DNA of 59,280 nt, counting the filler, from Platydemus manokwari (Eukaryota): the NCBI GenBank assembly GCA_037951405.1. It is 5 parts of 5 records of this genome, joined end to end, with 100 filler letters (N's around TTAATTAATTAA, not from the genome) between each part and the next. Parts side by side here need not be neighbours in the genome. Positions count along the whole stretch, not along the records: positions 37,352 to 46,654 come from JBBMOY011268762.1; positions 46,755 to 59,280 come from JBBMOY010025569.1; 3 more parts are not named here. One strand, given 5' to 3'. Numbering within the stretch: the stretch's first letter is position 1; each line of letters begins with the position of its first letter. The position numbers were made by a program, and so were the translations under genes. Of the stretch, positions 37,563-51,250 are shown piece by piece. The notes under the pieces were generated by a model, which worked only from the letters and a program-made list of their open reading frames with translations, was not told where the DNA came from and did not search any database.

Positions 37563-40500
37563 TTATGTACATTACAGATTCGAATGTGAATTGACGGATA
37601 ACAAAACACCGGATAGTGTTAGTTTTTCTCTTTCCAAATTGACAGTAGATACTCTAAAATTGAAACACAATGACAAAATAGAAGTCAGAATTTATTTCAA
37701 TTTTAATCGAACGGAATTTGATCGGCGATATCAGTCTCTCATAAATATTCCTACATGTGATAAACTATCTTATTATCCTTTGCCTTGCCCATTTTTCACT
37801 CGATTACCGCATGGAGAAGAGGAAAGGCGAATATATTTTAAACCGCAAAAGGAATTAAATGATGAACAAAAAAGATTGCCGCGTCTTGTATTGCGACGGC
37901 TTAACAGTGATGAAATCCCTTTACCGTTTGTGTTGAATGGTGCATTCGGTACGGGTAAAACAACGGTTTTCTCTGAGGCAGTCATGTCAATTTTAGAAAA
38001 TGATTCCCAATCTTATACGTTGATCTGTTGTCGATCATACAGGTTTGTTAAAAAATCGCTTAATGAATCATTTATATTTCATTAATGCAGTGCAACAAAA
38101 GTTTATTTGAATATCTTCAAAAAGCAATATGAAGTAGAAATCGACAAAATGCAGAAAATTAAATTGATTGCAAGTGATTATAAAAAAAATGATCCAGAAT
38201 TTAGGGATCCCTTCGTTGTTTTTGTGAGATATTTATTCAATTATATATTAGTTTAAATAGTCCTATGATATTTTCATTGGCTGAATTATTAATATTTTTT
38301 TCACAATTCATTTTTAATGTCCTTCGCTTTTTAAGATCAATATATTAATGTAATTTATGGGAAGAATAAGTGATGAAAAATAGCTCAAAATTCATTTAAA
38401 ATCTTAATATGGATTGATCGCTAAGGGTTTTGACGATTTTTTAAGAACCTTGTTTTAAAATAGTGGACTGATAGTATATTTTAATGAGTACAATAACTTC
38501 TTCGATGATTTTGGCAGAAGTGCTTATATCAATGTAGTTACATGAAATAATTGAGGCTAGGTAAATGATAATAGTGAATGTTAGTAAGACGATTGACTAA
38601 TTGAATCCGCAAAAGAGAAAATTATCGAATATCGGATTCGAGGTCTAAGTAGATAAGATTTTGAAATCGGCATATCAATTGTTTTGTTATTCGAATTGTT
38701 CCAAGTTAAATTAAGAAACTATCGTAACTCTTACACTGAGATTGAGAGAATTTTTAATTGAATTAAATTATAAAGATTTAATTCAGAATTTATATAAAGC
38801 TATATTAATTTGTTTATATAATAGTGTATTTAAATACATAATTTGATGTCAAGACTTTTGAATTCGTTGCCGATGAATTCGATTCTGAGAAGATCAATAA
38901 CTGAAAATTACGGGGAAAAGAAGCAGTTGTTGAGACTATAAAGAGAGTATATAAAGACGATGTAGAGAAAATATAACGAAGATAAAAGAATTTGAGATTT
39001 TTATGTAGATAAAAATATATATAATATTCGATACAATATCAATCCAGAATACAAAGAAAATCAGAAATTTTAAAGAAAGATGGTGTGAGACTTTTCAAAT
39101 GAATAAAAATTACTCGTAACTTGTCAGTTCGTTTTTGATGCGTGTTTTATAAAATAGTAGCCGCTTACAGAGATCATGATCACGGACAAGCGAACATAAG
39201 CAGTAACTCAATGTAACGAGTACATCGCGGTAATATAAATAATTGATAATAAGTAGTGGATAGTGAATAGAGGGGAATGTATAAAGAATTGAATTTAGTT
39301 TTGGTCGATTCTTGATTTTGTAAATAATTCAATTCTTTACAATTGTCTTTAGATCGAGAACATTTATAAAGTTTTTGGTAAACAATTATTGAGAATTTCA
39401 CTCCGAAAAATGAAGATTTCTTTTTAAAAGTATCACCAAAAACTAATTTGTTTCCAATTTTATTTCCTTAATAAATCAATGTATGACTGTTGTTCAATTT
39501 ACTATTTTATAATATATTTCATTGATTTGTTTTTATAGAATTCAAATTTCACCACAGAAATGCTTTGTAATAATAACGTTTTTATTACAACTCTCACAAA
39601 TGCTCCTGATTTGTTAAGCCAATACTCAAAAGAGCGTGAACCTTTATTTAATTATATTTTCGTTGATGAAGCCGCGCAGGTTTGATGATTTTTAATTTTT
39701 GTATTTTTATTTTGGTGCTCAGTATAAATTATGATGAATACAAAGATATATATAAAACAATGTTAGATTTAAGTCGTTATCAAAATTCACAAATTTAAAC
39801 GAAAAGGAGCAATTAGACGTGATTTGATCGGCTCAATTGGTTGATGGACTCGTGAATTTTTATCTAAGTTATCAATCTAAATCAGAGGTTCTCAAATTTT
39901 TTTCTCTCCTAGACCCTTTACCATGTTTTTCGGTTTTCGGTAGACTCGTTGCTATATACTGTAATAGATTTAAATTTAAACAGTAATGAAGTTCCTATAA
40001 TGTGAAAAAGTTAAAAAAAAACATTTTAATATAATTATTATTTTTATTAATTAATTTTAAATTAAAATATTATAATATCTGTTACATAAAAGAAATAAGC
40101 AAAAAATAAATTCATTTAATATGAGGGATGAGCTTGATGATTTAATAACAAATTATCAACATCTGGCTTCAACTTAGTTAGGTTTAGTCTCAAATCTCCT
40201 CGGTTAACGATGTACAGTGCTAAGCGACTTGATAATACCACAAGGTTAAATTTTTTTAATTTTTTTAAATATTAAAATTGTATCAATTATACTGTTTTTT
40301 GGAATTTTTTTAAAAATTCTTTCCATTAATCCCCCCCCCATTTTTTAACCCACGTAGACCCCTTGCAGGTCTTTATTGACCATTGGGGGTTAGTATGGAC
40401 CATTTTGGGGATCACTTATCAAAATCATCAAATACCACTGGTGAATAAATATTATGAAATGCTGTGGTAATACTAATAAGTAGAGATACTTTATACATAA

Positions 40501-43500
40501 ATAGGAAAATATCATTTACTGTTAAAATGAAAATATTAAACAGCTCACTTTTCTATATTAAAGTAGTGATGATCATCAAAAGTAGATTTTCCAAATTGAA
40601 GTTGAAAGATGGTTTTTGAATTTCAATTCCAACAGTTTGAAAATGAATTAATCTAATCAATGTTGGTAAATCTAGATCGAAATAGGCTAAGAACCAATTG
40701 TAGCTTTTATATTATCTAAATTGATTTCAGGAAATTTTTTAAAATGTACTGAGTTCGCTGTAGTTATACTGTTTCGACAATAAATTACCAAGGAAAAATT
40801 TGATAGATAAATCAGTATGGGGAGTCGGATTAAAATAGCACCCACTCGTTGTGTCGGTTCATTAACCTCAATCCTTAGTCTTGTTTGTTTATAGTTTTAA
40901 CATCAATACTGAATAAAAAAATAAATACAAAGCAGATGGTACATCAAAACTTGACAGAAATATCGACAATAAATACCTCATATGCAATTCATTAGGTTAT
41001 TTTTATGCGATTTTTAAAAAGGAAAACTAATTTTATGCTAATTTACTTTCATGCACATTGGGATTGAGAGTTAAATTCTGCTTACATTAATCAATTATGA
41101 CTTTTATTGAATAAAACAAAAATTGTCTTCAGAAATTGTAGACGTGTCATATAGGATTTTCGAACATTATGCCAAAAGGAGAACAAATATAATCATGAGA
41201 GAAGAAGAATATATTTGAATAAAAAAGCTGAATTGTTCCATGATTAGAACATAAAAATCACAAAATTAATTCCTGATCAAATAATATTTCTGAATGCAAT
41301 CTGCTACTAAGATAATCCATTGATTTGTGAAAAAAGTAACTGATATGATATTATGAATCGTGAAGTTCAATATATTGCACTCAAATCATAACATAAAATT
41401 ATTACAATCTTGTTGACGTAATTGAATTTTTTCATAACAATTCTTTGAATTGGTGAATTAATTATGATGTTTTATGTTGATTGTATTTGTGTTTGTATAG
41501 GTGCTAGAAATTGATGCTATAATGGTATATCAATTTGGAAATAAAACTACCAAATTTGTATTTGCTGGTGATATTTTTCAAACTAGGCCGGTCATTTTTA
41601 ATACAGAGCTAAGGAAATTTTCTCTACCAATTATTTGTCGACTGTACAACTCTTATAAAAACCAAACCGATTACATAATTTGTCTGAAACAAGTATACAG
41701 GTAAATATATTTTTGAATTCATTTGTTATTTACTTATAAATCATTCACATTATTTGGTTCATTCATCAATAAAATCAATATTGGCATCAAGTTAAGAAAA
41801 AGTGCTCTTTGATCTACTTTCGTAACAACGAATTTTCGCGCATGAGATAATTTATGACTTAATTATTTGATTTATTCGTGTAATTTAGTTAATATGTCAC
41901 TTTTTATGATGTGTAAATGTGGACAAAACAGTCTTTAAACCATACTCCTATTCTAATCACAACACTTTTATATGATTATTTGAGTCTTTAAATTTGAATT
42001 TTTTTAGTTATAAATCGAGTTAGTTAATTACAGACATGTTTAATAAATAATATCATTACTTATTTTTATAAAAATAATTATAAAAATTGTATCTCTCAAA
42101 AATCTTATTTTAGTACACCTTTTCTTAACTTTAGCCTAATATTGCGTTGATGGAATGCATATAAATATGGATTACATAAAGTTTTGCTTATATTTTTGCT
42201 TAGATTTGTTGATAAAAGAAATCTAGAAATATATAAGATCTTGTATTGATTTAAAAATAATTATTCGGTAATAATAATAGGTACACGCGTTGAAACTTCT
42301 GTTTTACTCATACAAAACAACATTTGGTAATCTTTCACCTTTGTTCCGGTAGATTACCAGTCGATAATGTTGTGAGTTAAAAGGACATATTAAGAATTAC
42401 GCGTGAAATTTAAATTCGAATTGAATAAGATTTGCAGTGCTTTGAAAACTACAATTTGTATTAAAAAATTGAAGATTAAAAAAATAATTCCATTACAATA
42501 GAAATTAATTCCATTAGCTGTGTTTAGAGATACCAGAAGTCATATATTGAATGAATTAAGTCTCGTGGGTAGATGTTGCTATGCAACATCTTATTTTGTA
42601 TCTGTCTCACTATTAGGTTTTAAAGATAACACTGGTAGGTTCTGTCGTAGAATGGATATTTTTATGTGGCTTTATGAATATCTAATTACAAACAAATTCA
42701 TCCCGCTTTCACCTATCTTCTTAATCTGTTTGAAGAGTTTGCATTGAATCGATAAATTTAATGGAGCACTGAAGGCCATTGAGAAAGCTGAAGGAGAGAA
42801 CAGTTTTAACTTAATTAGAAGTATTTAAAACTATTTCATATAATACTGTGATCATATAATAGCAGGAATTTTGTAATATAATGAAAAATCTTCACTTATT
42901 CTTCCAAATCAATTTCATCTCCTTCAAAGTGATGTCCTTCCGACACAATACACCTATTCCAAAGTACTTTACAATTCTCGAAACATTTGTTAAATACGAT
43001 ATCCGAATGGCTTTCAATACCTTCTTCGATTCGGCTTTTATCTCTTTAATCTATCAAAAACGGTACATGGGAGTGGTTTTTTGAGATTAATAAATCGTCA
43101 GAAAGTCACAAGGTGCTAAATCAGGCGAAAACGGTGTTGTGGAACTAACTATATAATTCAATTTTTCATGAAAAAGTGTCGAAAAGTGGTATTAGTACGA
43201 AACGAGATTTGACCATCCTAATGTCCAAAACATCTATTTAAATGATCTGACGTGATGCAATTGCAAGATGTTAATAATGATGAGCGTAACTTTTTAATCA
43301 ATGAAAATATTGACTTAAAATTTGACACTGATATGTCATAGTCATGGTTCCAAACTAAAAAATATTTGTACGAATCCATAAACCAGTGAATTTTTAATTG
43401 AAAATTCCCGATAATATTGATTTATCCATCCTTGGGAATAATTGGCTATCATTAGTTTTAATATTTATTGCCATTATTTTCATGATATCCTCACTTGTTT

Positions 43501-45575
43501 TCTAAATACTTGCATTTCGTGATTGGACTGCAGTATAAACATCTCAATTATAAACATTTCAATCCATTAATTGAACTAACTAAAATTGGAAATATATTGG
43601 AAAATCTATGTCTTTTATTCGTTTTTAATTATGTTTTTTAAGTATTGAATATATTAACAATTGAAATAGCTCAAATAGCTTCAATATTCACTCTAATTTT
43701 ACATACAGTTTAATAGTCAATATTTATTTTCAACAAATTGGAAGTAACATTTTTTATTGGAAATTTGGAATAAAATTATTAAAAAAATATTCACGATTTG
43801 TAGTGTGTCTTGTAACGATTATTTTGAATTACAAACAACACTGGTTATCGAGGACGTCGCTGTTGATATAATATTATAGTCAATTATTGATTTTTATTAC
43901 AATAATATTTATTACAACAATGTCGTCGAATGAGTGAAAATTATCGCTGGTCTGGAACTTTAAGTTGATTTTAATTGCCAGGTTTGTCTCTGTTTTTTAA
44001 GATTTGTTACTGTTTGGATATTTATATAATAATTTTCAAAACATATTTTTTCAAATTTTAAGAGTTTCTTTAAATTGAGTTATTATGGTTGTGATATAAT
44101 TTGTTTTGAATTGAAAATCGATTATTATTAATTGAATATTATTTTATATAACAAGAACTCATCCGAAAATAGTGGAGTTTTTATCAGAAGCCATTTATGG
44201 TTCATCTTTGACATCATTAATGATGCCTATATATCCACGATTAAACCCAATGAAACTTATGCATATTGATGAAAGCGTGGAGGAATATGATTCTCTTTAT
44301 GGTTCTTTCAAAAATGTAAAAGAATGTAATATGATTAGAGAAGAATTATTATTGTTATTTCAAAACAATCGTGGAAGCTTTGTTGAAAATCGAGTTCTTG
44401 TTTGTTCACCATTTTATGCTCAAGTATTTCTCTATTTGACTTGAAAATAATCGAACCAGAAAATTCAGATTAAACTATTGCGAAATGAGTTAAGAAAAAA
44501 TAATCTGAGAAGGGTTGAAGTCGAGTTACCATCAGATATTCAAGGTAAATTTACTTCAGTTTTCTATTTCACTAATTATTTTTGCCATTGATTCTGATTT
44601 TGGTTATGAAATATAACTTCTCGACTTAAAAATCTTTTATATATATTTTTAAATAAATAAATATTGTGAGGAATGTACTGGTATGGAAGTCGAAAACCGT
44701 TTTACAGGTTCTCACACATAGGTTTAAAGTAGCTGCCTTTTCGAATAGAGCAGGGAATGGATTAATTAAATTGAATATTTCATGACCTGAAAAAGCTTCA
44801 ATATGTGAGATTATCAACAATTCAATTTTACATACAAGCACATTACAATAATATTTGTGGAAACAAAAATAATTACTGGAATGTGATGACTTTATGCTTG
44901 ACCAAAAAAGTATTGTTACATTGAATATAATATATGAGGAATATATCGATATATAAACCGAATCCAATCTATATCGGTGTTATCGGTCCATAGGTTTCTC
45001 TGATCTTGATTGGAATCCGAAAATAATCCAGTTATTCACGTCTCGAGTTGCGATCTGTAGAGTAGGAACAAGCATTTACTGGAATCGTCAATATTTTTGA
45101 AAGTTATGCAATCACAACTTGAACACAAGTGTAATATTCATAGAGATTACTTTCATAGAAAAGTCTTCGAGATTTCTTTTCACTTAATATTTGATCTCCA
45201 AAGTTGTTGCTTAAAATATTTTTGATAATTTTCCAATGTTTTTTTAATGAAAAAAATATTGAATTTCGTTATTTTTCAAATTTAGGTCGTGAATTTGATG
45301 CCGTATTCATTTCAACAGTTCTTACTAAAAATGGTGACAGAAGTATTCCAATATTGCATACAACATTTCACACCAGTAGAAATCTTATTAATTTGGTTGT
45401 CTCACGGGCAAAACATTTTGTAGAAGTGTGATCCAATGGCTTCATTTGATCTTATATATATTTTTCAACATTTTAGGTTGTTGGTGATTGGGATTTTCTT
45501 CTTGACGACATGGTCACTTCATCCCAATGGAGCACTTTCTGGAATATGTGTGAAGGGAACAATATCTTAAATTAA
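37563..45575 (+). CDS. HELZ/MOV10-like UPF1-family (SF1B) RNA helicase, 5'-incomplete; exons ~37563-38042, 38091-38223, 39539-39679, 41501-41700, 44156-44423, 44469-44544, 45286-45425, 45477-45575
   Basis: Phase-consistent splicing yields Q motif LNDEQK, Walker A GAFGTGKT, Ia LICCRSYSA, Walker B IFVDEAAQ, III FAGDIFQTRP, YRTHPKIVEFLSEAIYG, SPFYAQ, V DIQGREF and VI NLVVSRAK..VVGD. The upstream VRIYFNFNRTEF resembles HELZ VELQFQLNR. Confidence 0.9.
39883..40417 (-). mobile_element. Non-autonomous hAT (Buster/Charlie-type) deletion derivative inside a helicase intron
   Basis: Termini CAGAGGTTCTCAAA and TTTGGGGATCACTT. 8-bp TSD atctaaat/atcaaaat (7/8 match). Internal minus-strand IVNRGDLRLNLTKLKPDVDNLLLNHQAHPSY* (40116-40226) is the Buster transposase C-terminus. 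Confidence 0.9.
42841..43200 (-). mobile_element. Mariner transposon 3' relic inside a helicase intron
   Basis: Minus-strand PFSPDLAPCDF (43102-43134), then IKEIKAESKKVLKAI, FNKCFEN and CIVSEGHHFEGDEIDLEE*, the classic mariner C-terminus. Confidence 0.88.
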
Positions 45576-46038
45576 TTGTTGGTGTATTTTTATTTATTGT
45601 TTTGAAATGTTTAAATAAGAAAAATTATGAGATTTTTCCGTATCACGTTATTTTTGTTGTAAAAGTCACTTTGCCTAATTTTAACAGATAGATGTATGTT
45701 CATGTATATTTTGGTATAATTATATACTCAATATTTTCGTATGTTTATCAGATATATAAATAATTTTAAATATTAAACGAGAAACACTTATATCTATACA
45801 ATTCAAGGGTTGATATCAAACATTTAGCTGAATGACTATTGGTATAATAATTGTCTTAGGAAATATTGATAATTCTTATCTTATAAAAATGTCAGAACAA
45901 AATGCGATCTTGAAAAGAACTGAACTATATTGTAGCTTGTTTCACGAACGAGCCTAGACACTTAGCAAAATCTTGAATATTCTTATTAGGGGAATTAAAA
46001 AATGTAACAATTTATTTTAAAAACAATGGGTTAGGGTA

Positions 46039-46654
46039 ATGCACGAGATAGAAGATAAAAAAAAACCACAACGACTCCGTCGCATACATTTCGTCAGTGG
46101 GGTTGAATCAGTAGATAACAAGAAAATTCGAAATGGAACCAAACGTGAAGAGATGTTTAAGAAGGACGACGGTAGAGTGTGGAGTAAAGTGTTGATTAAC
46201 GGAGCTGAAGTAGAGATATTGTGGGATTCGGGGGCATCTATCACAGTAATGAGCGAGAACTTTTGGAAGAAGGTGGGAAGCCCAAAATTGCACGATAGTT
46301 TTATTACGCTTAGTGGAGAGTTTTCAACGTGTGCCGAACGCCCTCTGGGTTATTCAGATGTCATTGCCAAGTGAAAAGGAAAGAAAAGAAAAGTTAGGGT
46401 TGTGATAGCAAAAAGAATTTGTCCCGATTTTATTGGAGGTGTTGACACGATGAATGCATTCGATATTCAGCTGAAAGAAATGGCCACAATTGATTCATCA
46501 CAATTTAACGACAAATATACGAACGAGGAAAGATCGAAACACGCAATGGAAACGATAAAAACTGGGAACACAGGCACAATTGGAAGACTCATCAAAGAAT
46601 ACGGAAATATATTCATGGCTTCAAAATTGGATCTAGGCAGAACCACCTTGGTTG
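46039..46654 (+). mobile_element. Ty3/gypsy LTR retrotransposon fragment (aspartic protease and pre-RT linker) with an in-frame TGA; cut off by the gap
   Basis: VLINGAEVEILWDSGASITVMS is a retropepsin active site, followed by DFIGGVD and LIKEYGNIF...DLGRTTLV. The two ORFs share a frame and are separated by TGA at 46372-46374. Confidence 0.88.
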
Positions 46655-46754
46655 NNNNNNNNNNNNNNNNNNNNNNNNNNNNNNNNNNNNNNNNNNNNTT
46701 AATTAATTAANNNNNNNNNNNNNNNNNNNNNNNNNNNNNNNNNNNNNNNNNNNN
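46655..46754. other. Artificial contig spacer
   Basis: N44-TTAATTAATTAA-N44. Confidence 0.97.
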
Positions 46755-47254
46755 GACAGTGAGAATTATCGGGCCTACAAATTCCAAATCTGTGAGACCG
46801 CTTTCAAAAATATTTATAAAATTTAAATAAACAAAAATTTATTATATTGATTTTTATATATTAGATTTTTGTCAGAAAAAAATTTCATATTTCTTATTAA
46901 AATGTTCTAATGGTTTATCTTAATCTCAATAATTATTTCAAACCAATCTATTAATCAGATTTACATGTTATATTGCATAATATCTAAAACTATTCTGTAA
47001 TTGTCCATACCATGAAAACTGAGAATAGTCAACGAAACCACTTAACAACATAACAATAACAAATCAATATCATGTACTCATATTTATTCTCATCGATATT
47101 TGATTGGTTAATTTATTATAATAAATATGTGTGTTTGTCAAAAGTATCCATGCATAATTTGAAAATCATATCACTACTTAGTCAGTGCGTATTGATTTAC
47201 GGTTGTTGTTAAGCCATAACACAATTGTACGTTAAAATTGTAATATTTCTATAG

Positions 47255-47844
47255 TTGTGGATCCGAATATCATAATAATTGTCAGTTGTCTGGGAGCTGT
47301 GCTTGGGGCATGTTTAATTCTAATAGGATTTATTATTTTCTGTCGTTACAAAAGAAAGAAACTTTCGACTTCTGAAACAACCGTAATAAGTGATTCTTGT
47401 CTTCCAGTTTTTCCTAAAAATTTCCCCAGAGAACAATTATCAGCAAGTATGACTTTGTTAAAAATTATATTGAAATCCTTTATGTTTAATTATCAGATAT
47501 TAATGAAGGATATGTACCCTCTGAACCGAAGAAAGTAACACTTTCCCGTCCATGTCTAGTTTCTAATCAGTCAAATCATTCTACTGCAATAATTACAGAA
47601 AAGCATTTAAAATCCTCAGAAAATGAAAAGCCATCAACACATACTCCTAGTCGGTCTAACTCTTGTACAGGTGTAGATAGCGTAGACATTCAAGGTAAAA
47701 CCCATCACTATTCCCTGGTATGAATTTATATGAATTTATAATTCAGGTAATATCATCAAAAATGCCTTCAATTTTCTTGAAGATTATGACGACACCCCAG
47801 TTATAGTTGGCACTTTACTTCCATCCAAGCAATTACCTGTGTGA
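47255..47844 (+). CDS. 3' exons of an unidentified type-I single-pass membrane protein (47255-47446, 47497-47694, 47747-47844)
   Basis: TM IIIIVSCLGAVLGACLILIGFIIFC, stop-transfer RYKRKK, then a Ser/Thr-rich tail. Two ~50-bp phase-1 GT-AG introns keep the frame open to ...AFNFLEDYDDTPVIVGTLLPSKQLPV*. Confidence 0.75.
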
Positions 47845-50049
47845 ATAAAGATCGATCATTATTTTGTACAGAAATTATTAGCATTTTTTTGTCGTTTACC
47901 AGACTTCCAAATATGTCTTCGTAATAAGAATGAAATTTTTGTTTCATTAAAAAAATGTAGCATAATGGATTATTTATATTTCTATTGATTTTTTTGACAG
48001 TGCAATTTTACGATCTGTATTGAAATTGTCGGGTATATATTGTTCATCATATCATTAAATATATTAAATTAATTTTCATTCCGCTTTAATCATTTGACAA
48101 CCATTGTTACTTTATATTAAACCGAAAATCTATTATATCAATGAATTGAGACAGAATGTTTCATTTAGTTGTGGTCTCTTGAAAATTATTGGAACAACAT
48201 TTTCTACAATAATAAATATATTGTCAAAAGGGACAAGTGTGTTTATTCTCTGCGGGAGTTCTTTGTTTTTTTCTGGTTATCCAATGTCAGTGGTATAAAA
48301 TGGATAATTCGAATCGATACGTTGAATGTTTTGTTGAAACGATAATAAATAAATAATCAAAAATATTAACCACGATATTTATCTGACTACAAAGAAACAT
48401 TTTTATTTGTTTAAATCGACTAAAAAGGAACTGACAAATTATTTTTTGATTTATTATAAATTCACTGTCTGAGTTATTCATTCACGGAAGACAAAATAAT
48501 ATTTTCAAATTTAACGCTTGAGTTGTATTTTTAAATAAAAATCCAATTCAATAAAACAATTTTGAAAATGAATTTAGTAAATAAATATTACCAACAATCT
48601 ATTTACTAAAATAATGAGCAAAACTGTTGTACTACTACTGTAAATGTATATTGTATTATTTGAAGTGCTCTACCTATTATTATCTGATCCACTGTATAAA
48701 TTTCTAAAGTAGACCTACATAGTCGCCTATTTACAATAAACATATCATTAGACCCATTCAACAATTTCTAATTTCAACCAATCGGATTTCGAATAAATTC
48801 AACTGAAAATTTTTCGATATTTGAGTTTGTTTTAATTTCTCATTGCCACGTGATTTTGGAATTATCGTTTATGATATATCAAAAAAATTGATATCTTCTA
48901 CACTATTTGAGGAACTGTGGTGATAGTTGAATTGAATTTAAATTAAAATAGTTTATGTTGGAACAAATTTTTTGGAATTTTTCCGAAAATATCTAAAGGT
49001 TTATGAGTTGTTGTAACAAGGCTGTATTTGTCCGGCTGTCGCAAAATTATTTCAATTCTGAATTTAGACAATTTTAAATTGTTGTAGCAACGACTACTAT
49101 GGTGACAGAAAAGATTAGCTTATTATTAGTAAAATTTTATTTAAAGATATGAATTTCCCAAACTATGAAAGCTAATGAAGTATGATGCGGATATAGATGC
49201 TAAATTACGATAAGGACACAAAAGTACTATCGAAATTGCCAAGACAATGCTTCATGAGACGTTACATGGTGAAACGTAAGAACCAGGTAAGAATTGGAAA
49301 ATACTCACAATGAAACCCTTCACTAAGTTTCACGCAGAATAAGTAGTATTTATTGGTGATCTATATATTGAAGATTTTCATTTCATACATAATGCATGAT
49401 CAGGTACTACCAACTGAATAAGAAATATATGAGAGAGGAGCAGTGCAGGAAATGTTTATATGAATCCAATTCATACACTCATGCATTCCTTTGTGCTATT
49501 AAATTAGTTAGGTTTTAATATGAAAAGGAAAAAGAATCAAATTACTATTGAATGTAATCTAACGATTAAAATAAGTTACCGACAATAAACATACCAACTT
49601 TACAGGTAAGTTAGGAAATAACAGAGAAACTCCCCATATGGGTATCAACGTAGAATAACAAAAAAAATTTCGACCAAAGCCCCAACACCGAGTGATATTT
49701 GTATTCTTGTAATTTATTGCTTACTGATAAACAGTGATTTTTTCTTATCAAATGGCAAATGTTTTTAGAATGGTGATAATGAAATTTGTTTCCCATATTT
49801 TTAATTAATTTTATTCAATCTTAATTTAATTATTTTAATAATCGGCAAACAATCGATCATTTAACACTGTGTTCAGTTTTTTGGTTTTTACATAAATGAA
49901 AAATAAATCAAATATTTTTATAAAAATTACAGAAAATATCAATTCAAAAACTCTCTGAATTTATAAAAATTTTAGTGGAAATCTCATTTTAAGAATCTTA
50001 GTGTTTATTTTATATTAAACCTTCATGGTAAATTTATTGTTCATGGTAT

Positions 50050-51250
50050 GGGATAACATTATAACTGCATAATTTTTATCTGCTTTTCTACTTTTATGTA
50101 TTCTAAAATCCAATGCTAACAATAAATATAGATTTTTGGACTTATTCCACAGTTATCGTTCTCAACATGAACTCATTGTTTCTATGGAAACTTGACCAAA
50201 ATTCATTATCACACATGATTTTAGTTATCTCATTTGATATGTTAAAGTCAACAAGCGGTTCCCTCTTTAAATTTTGAGTTTGTGATAACTGTTCCTTCAA
50301 TTCTGCTTAATCGTTTGTTTGGAATTCGCAAGTCTGTGGATTTATATTGATCATATATCTTCATTACGTTTAGGCTTTAAATAAAAATCTTTTCTGAGGT
50401 TCACCCATTTGTTACAACCACATAGACTGTTTTTTGATAATCTTGTTCAATTTTCCAGTAACTGTTCAAAGTACAACCGAGTACCTTCTTACACATCATC
50501 TCTTCCAGAAATCTTAACTTCTTCTAATGACAGGATCTAGAAGATTTCCACCACAATTGTATAATTTCACATATTAATGATATTACATAATCAAACTTGC
50601 CAACCAATTCCAGGTCTCCATGTATCCAGGTCTTTTCTTTTTCTTTTCAGTTATTTTTTCAATATCATAGTTTTCAAATTTAATTTTTCTATTATGCATT
50701 TTTATGATTTTGGATTTAATTCTGAAACTTTATAGGAGAGTTTTTAGAAAATCTCCACATTTACTTCATCCATAATAGCCTCAACAGTTTTACCTGATGA
50801 ATTAGGAATCAAAAACCTTACGGTTTTGGCGAATTTTCTGTGGCCTAGCTGATTACGAAAGATTTTATTGATACTTCCCATCTTTCAATGATATTTACTG
50901 ATTGGATCTTGAACCTCATGGCGAAAATCATGGTACTCGCAAAAACTCATATCAAAATAAAGCATTGTTTGAGCGGGTTTAAAGTATTCCGTTCTTGATA
51001 GTCAGAAAGCTCGTATTTCATTTAATCAATGTTGTAGCGTCTTCATCAAAGCAATTCTGAAAATTCTTATCTCGAATTTTTTATTGGCATCAATCCATCA
51101 AAATTCCTAGACATTGCCAATGTGTTATCTGATTGGAATAAAATTTCGACTGACCTTTCGGTAACAAATAACCTAGAAATAATTCATCTAGTTTTTCTTT
51201 AGAGAAAAATTTAGAAATACCTTTTTGATAGAAATCTTCATATAACGCTA
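50050..51250 (-). mobile_element. Heavily decayed coding relic, possibly an R4-like non-LTR element
   Basis: Coding-like composition on the minus strand. LSLEEVK/FWK near 50500-50535 resembles the pre-RT motif of R4/Dong elements. Weak evidence. Confidence 0.3.
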
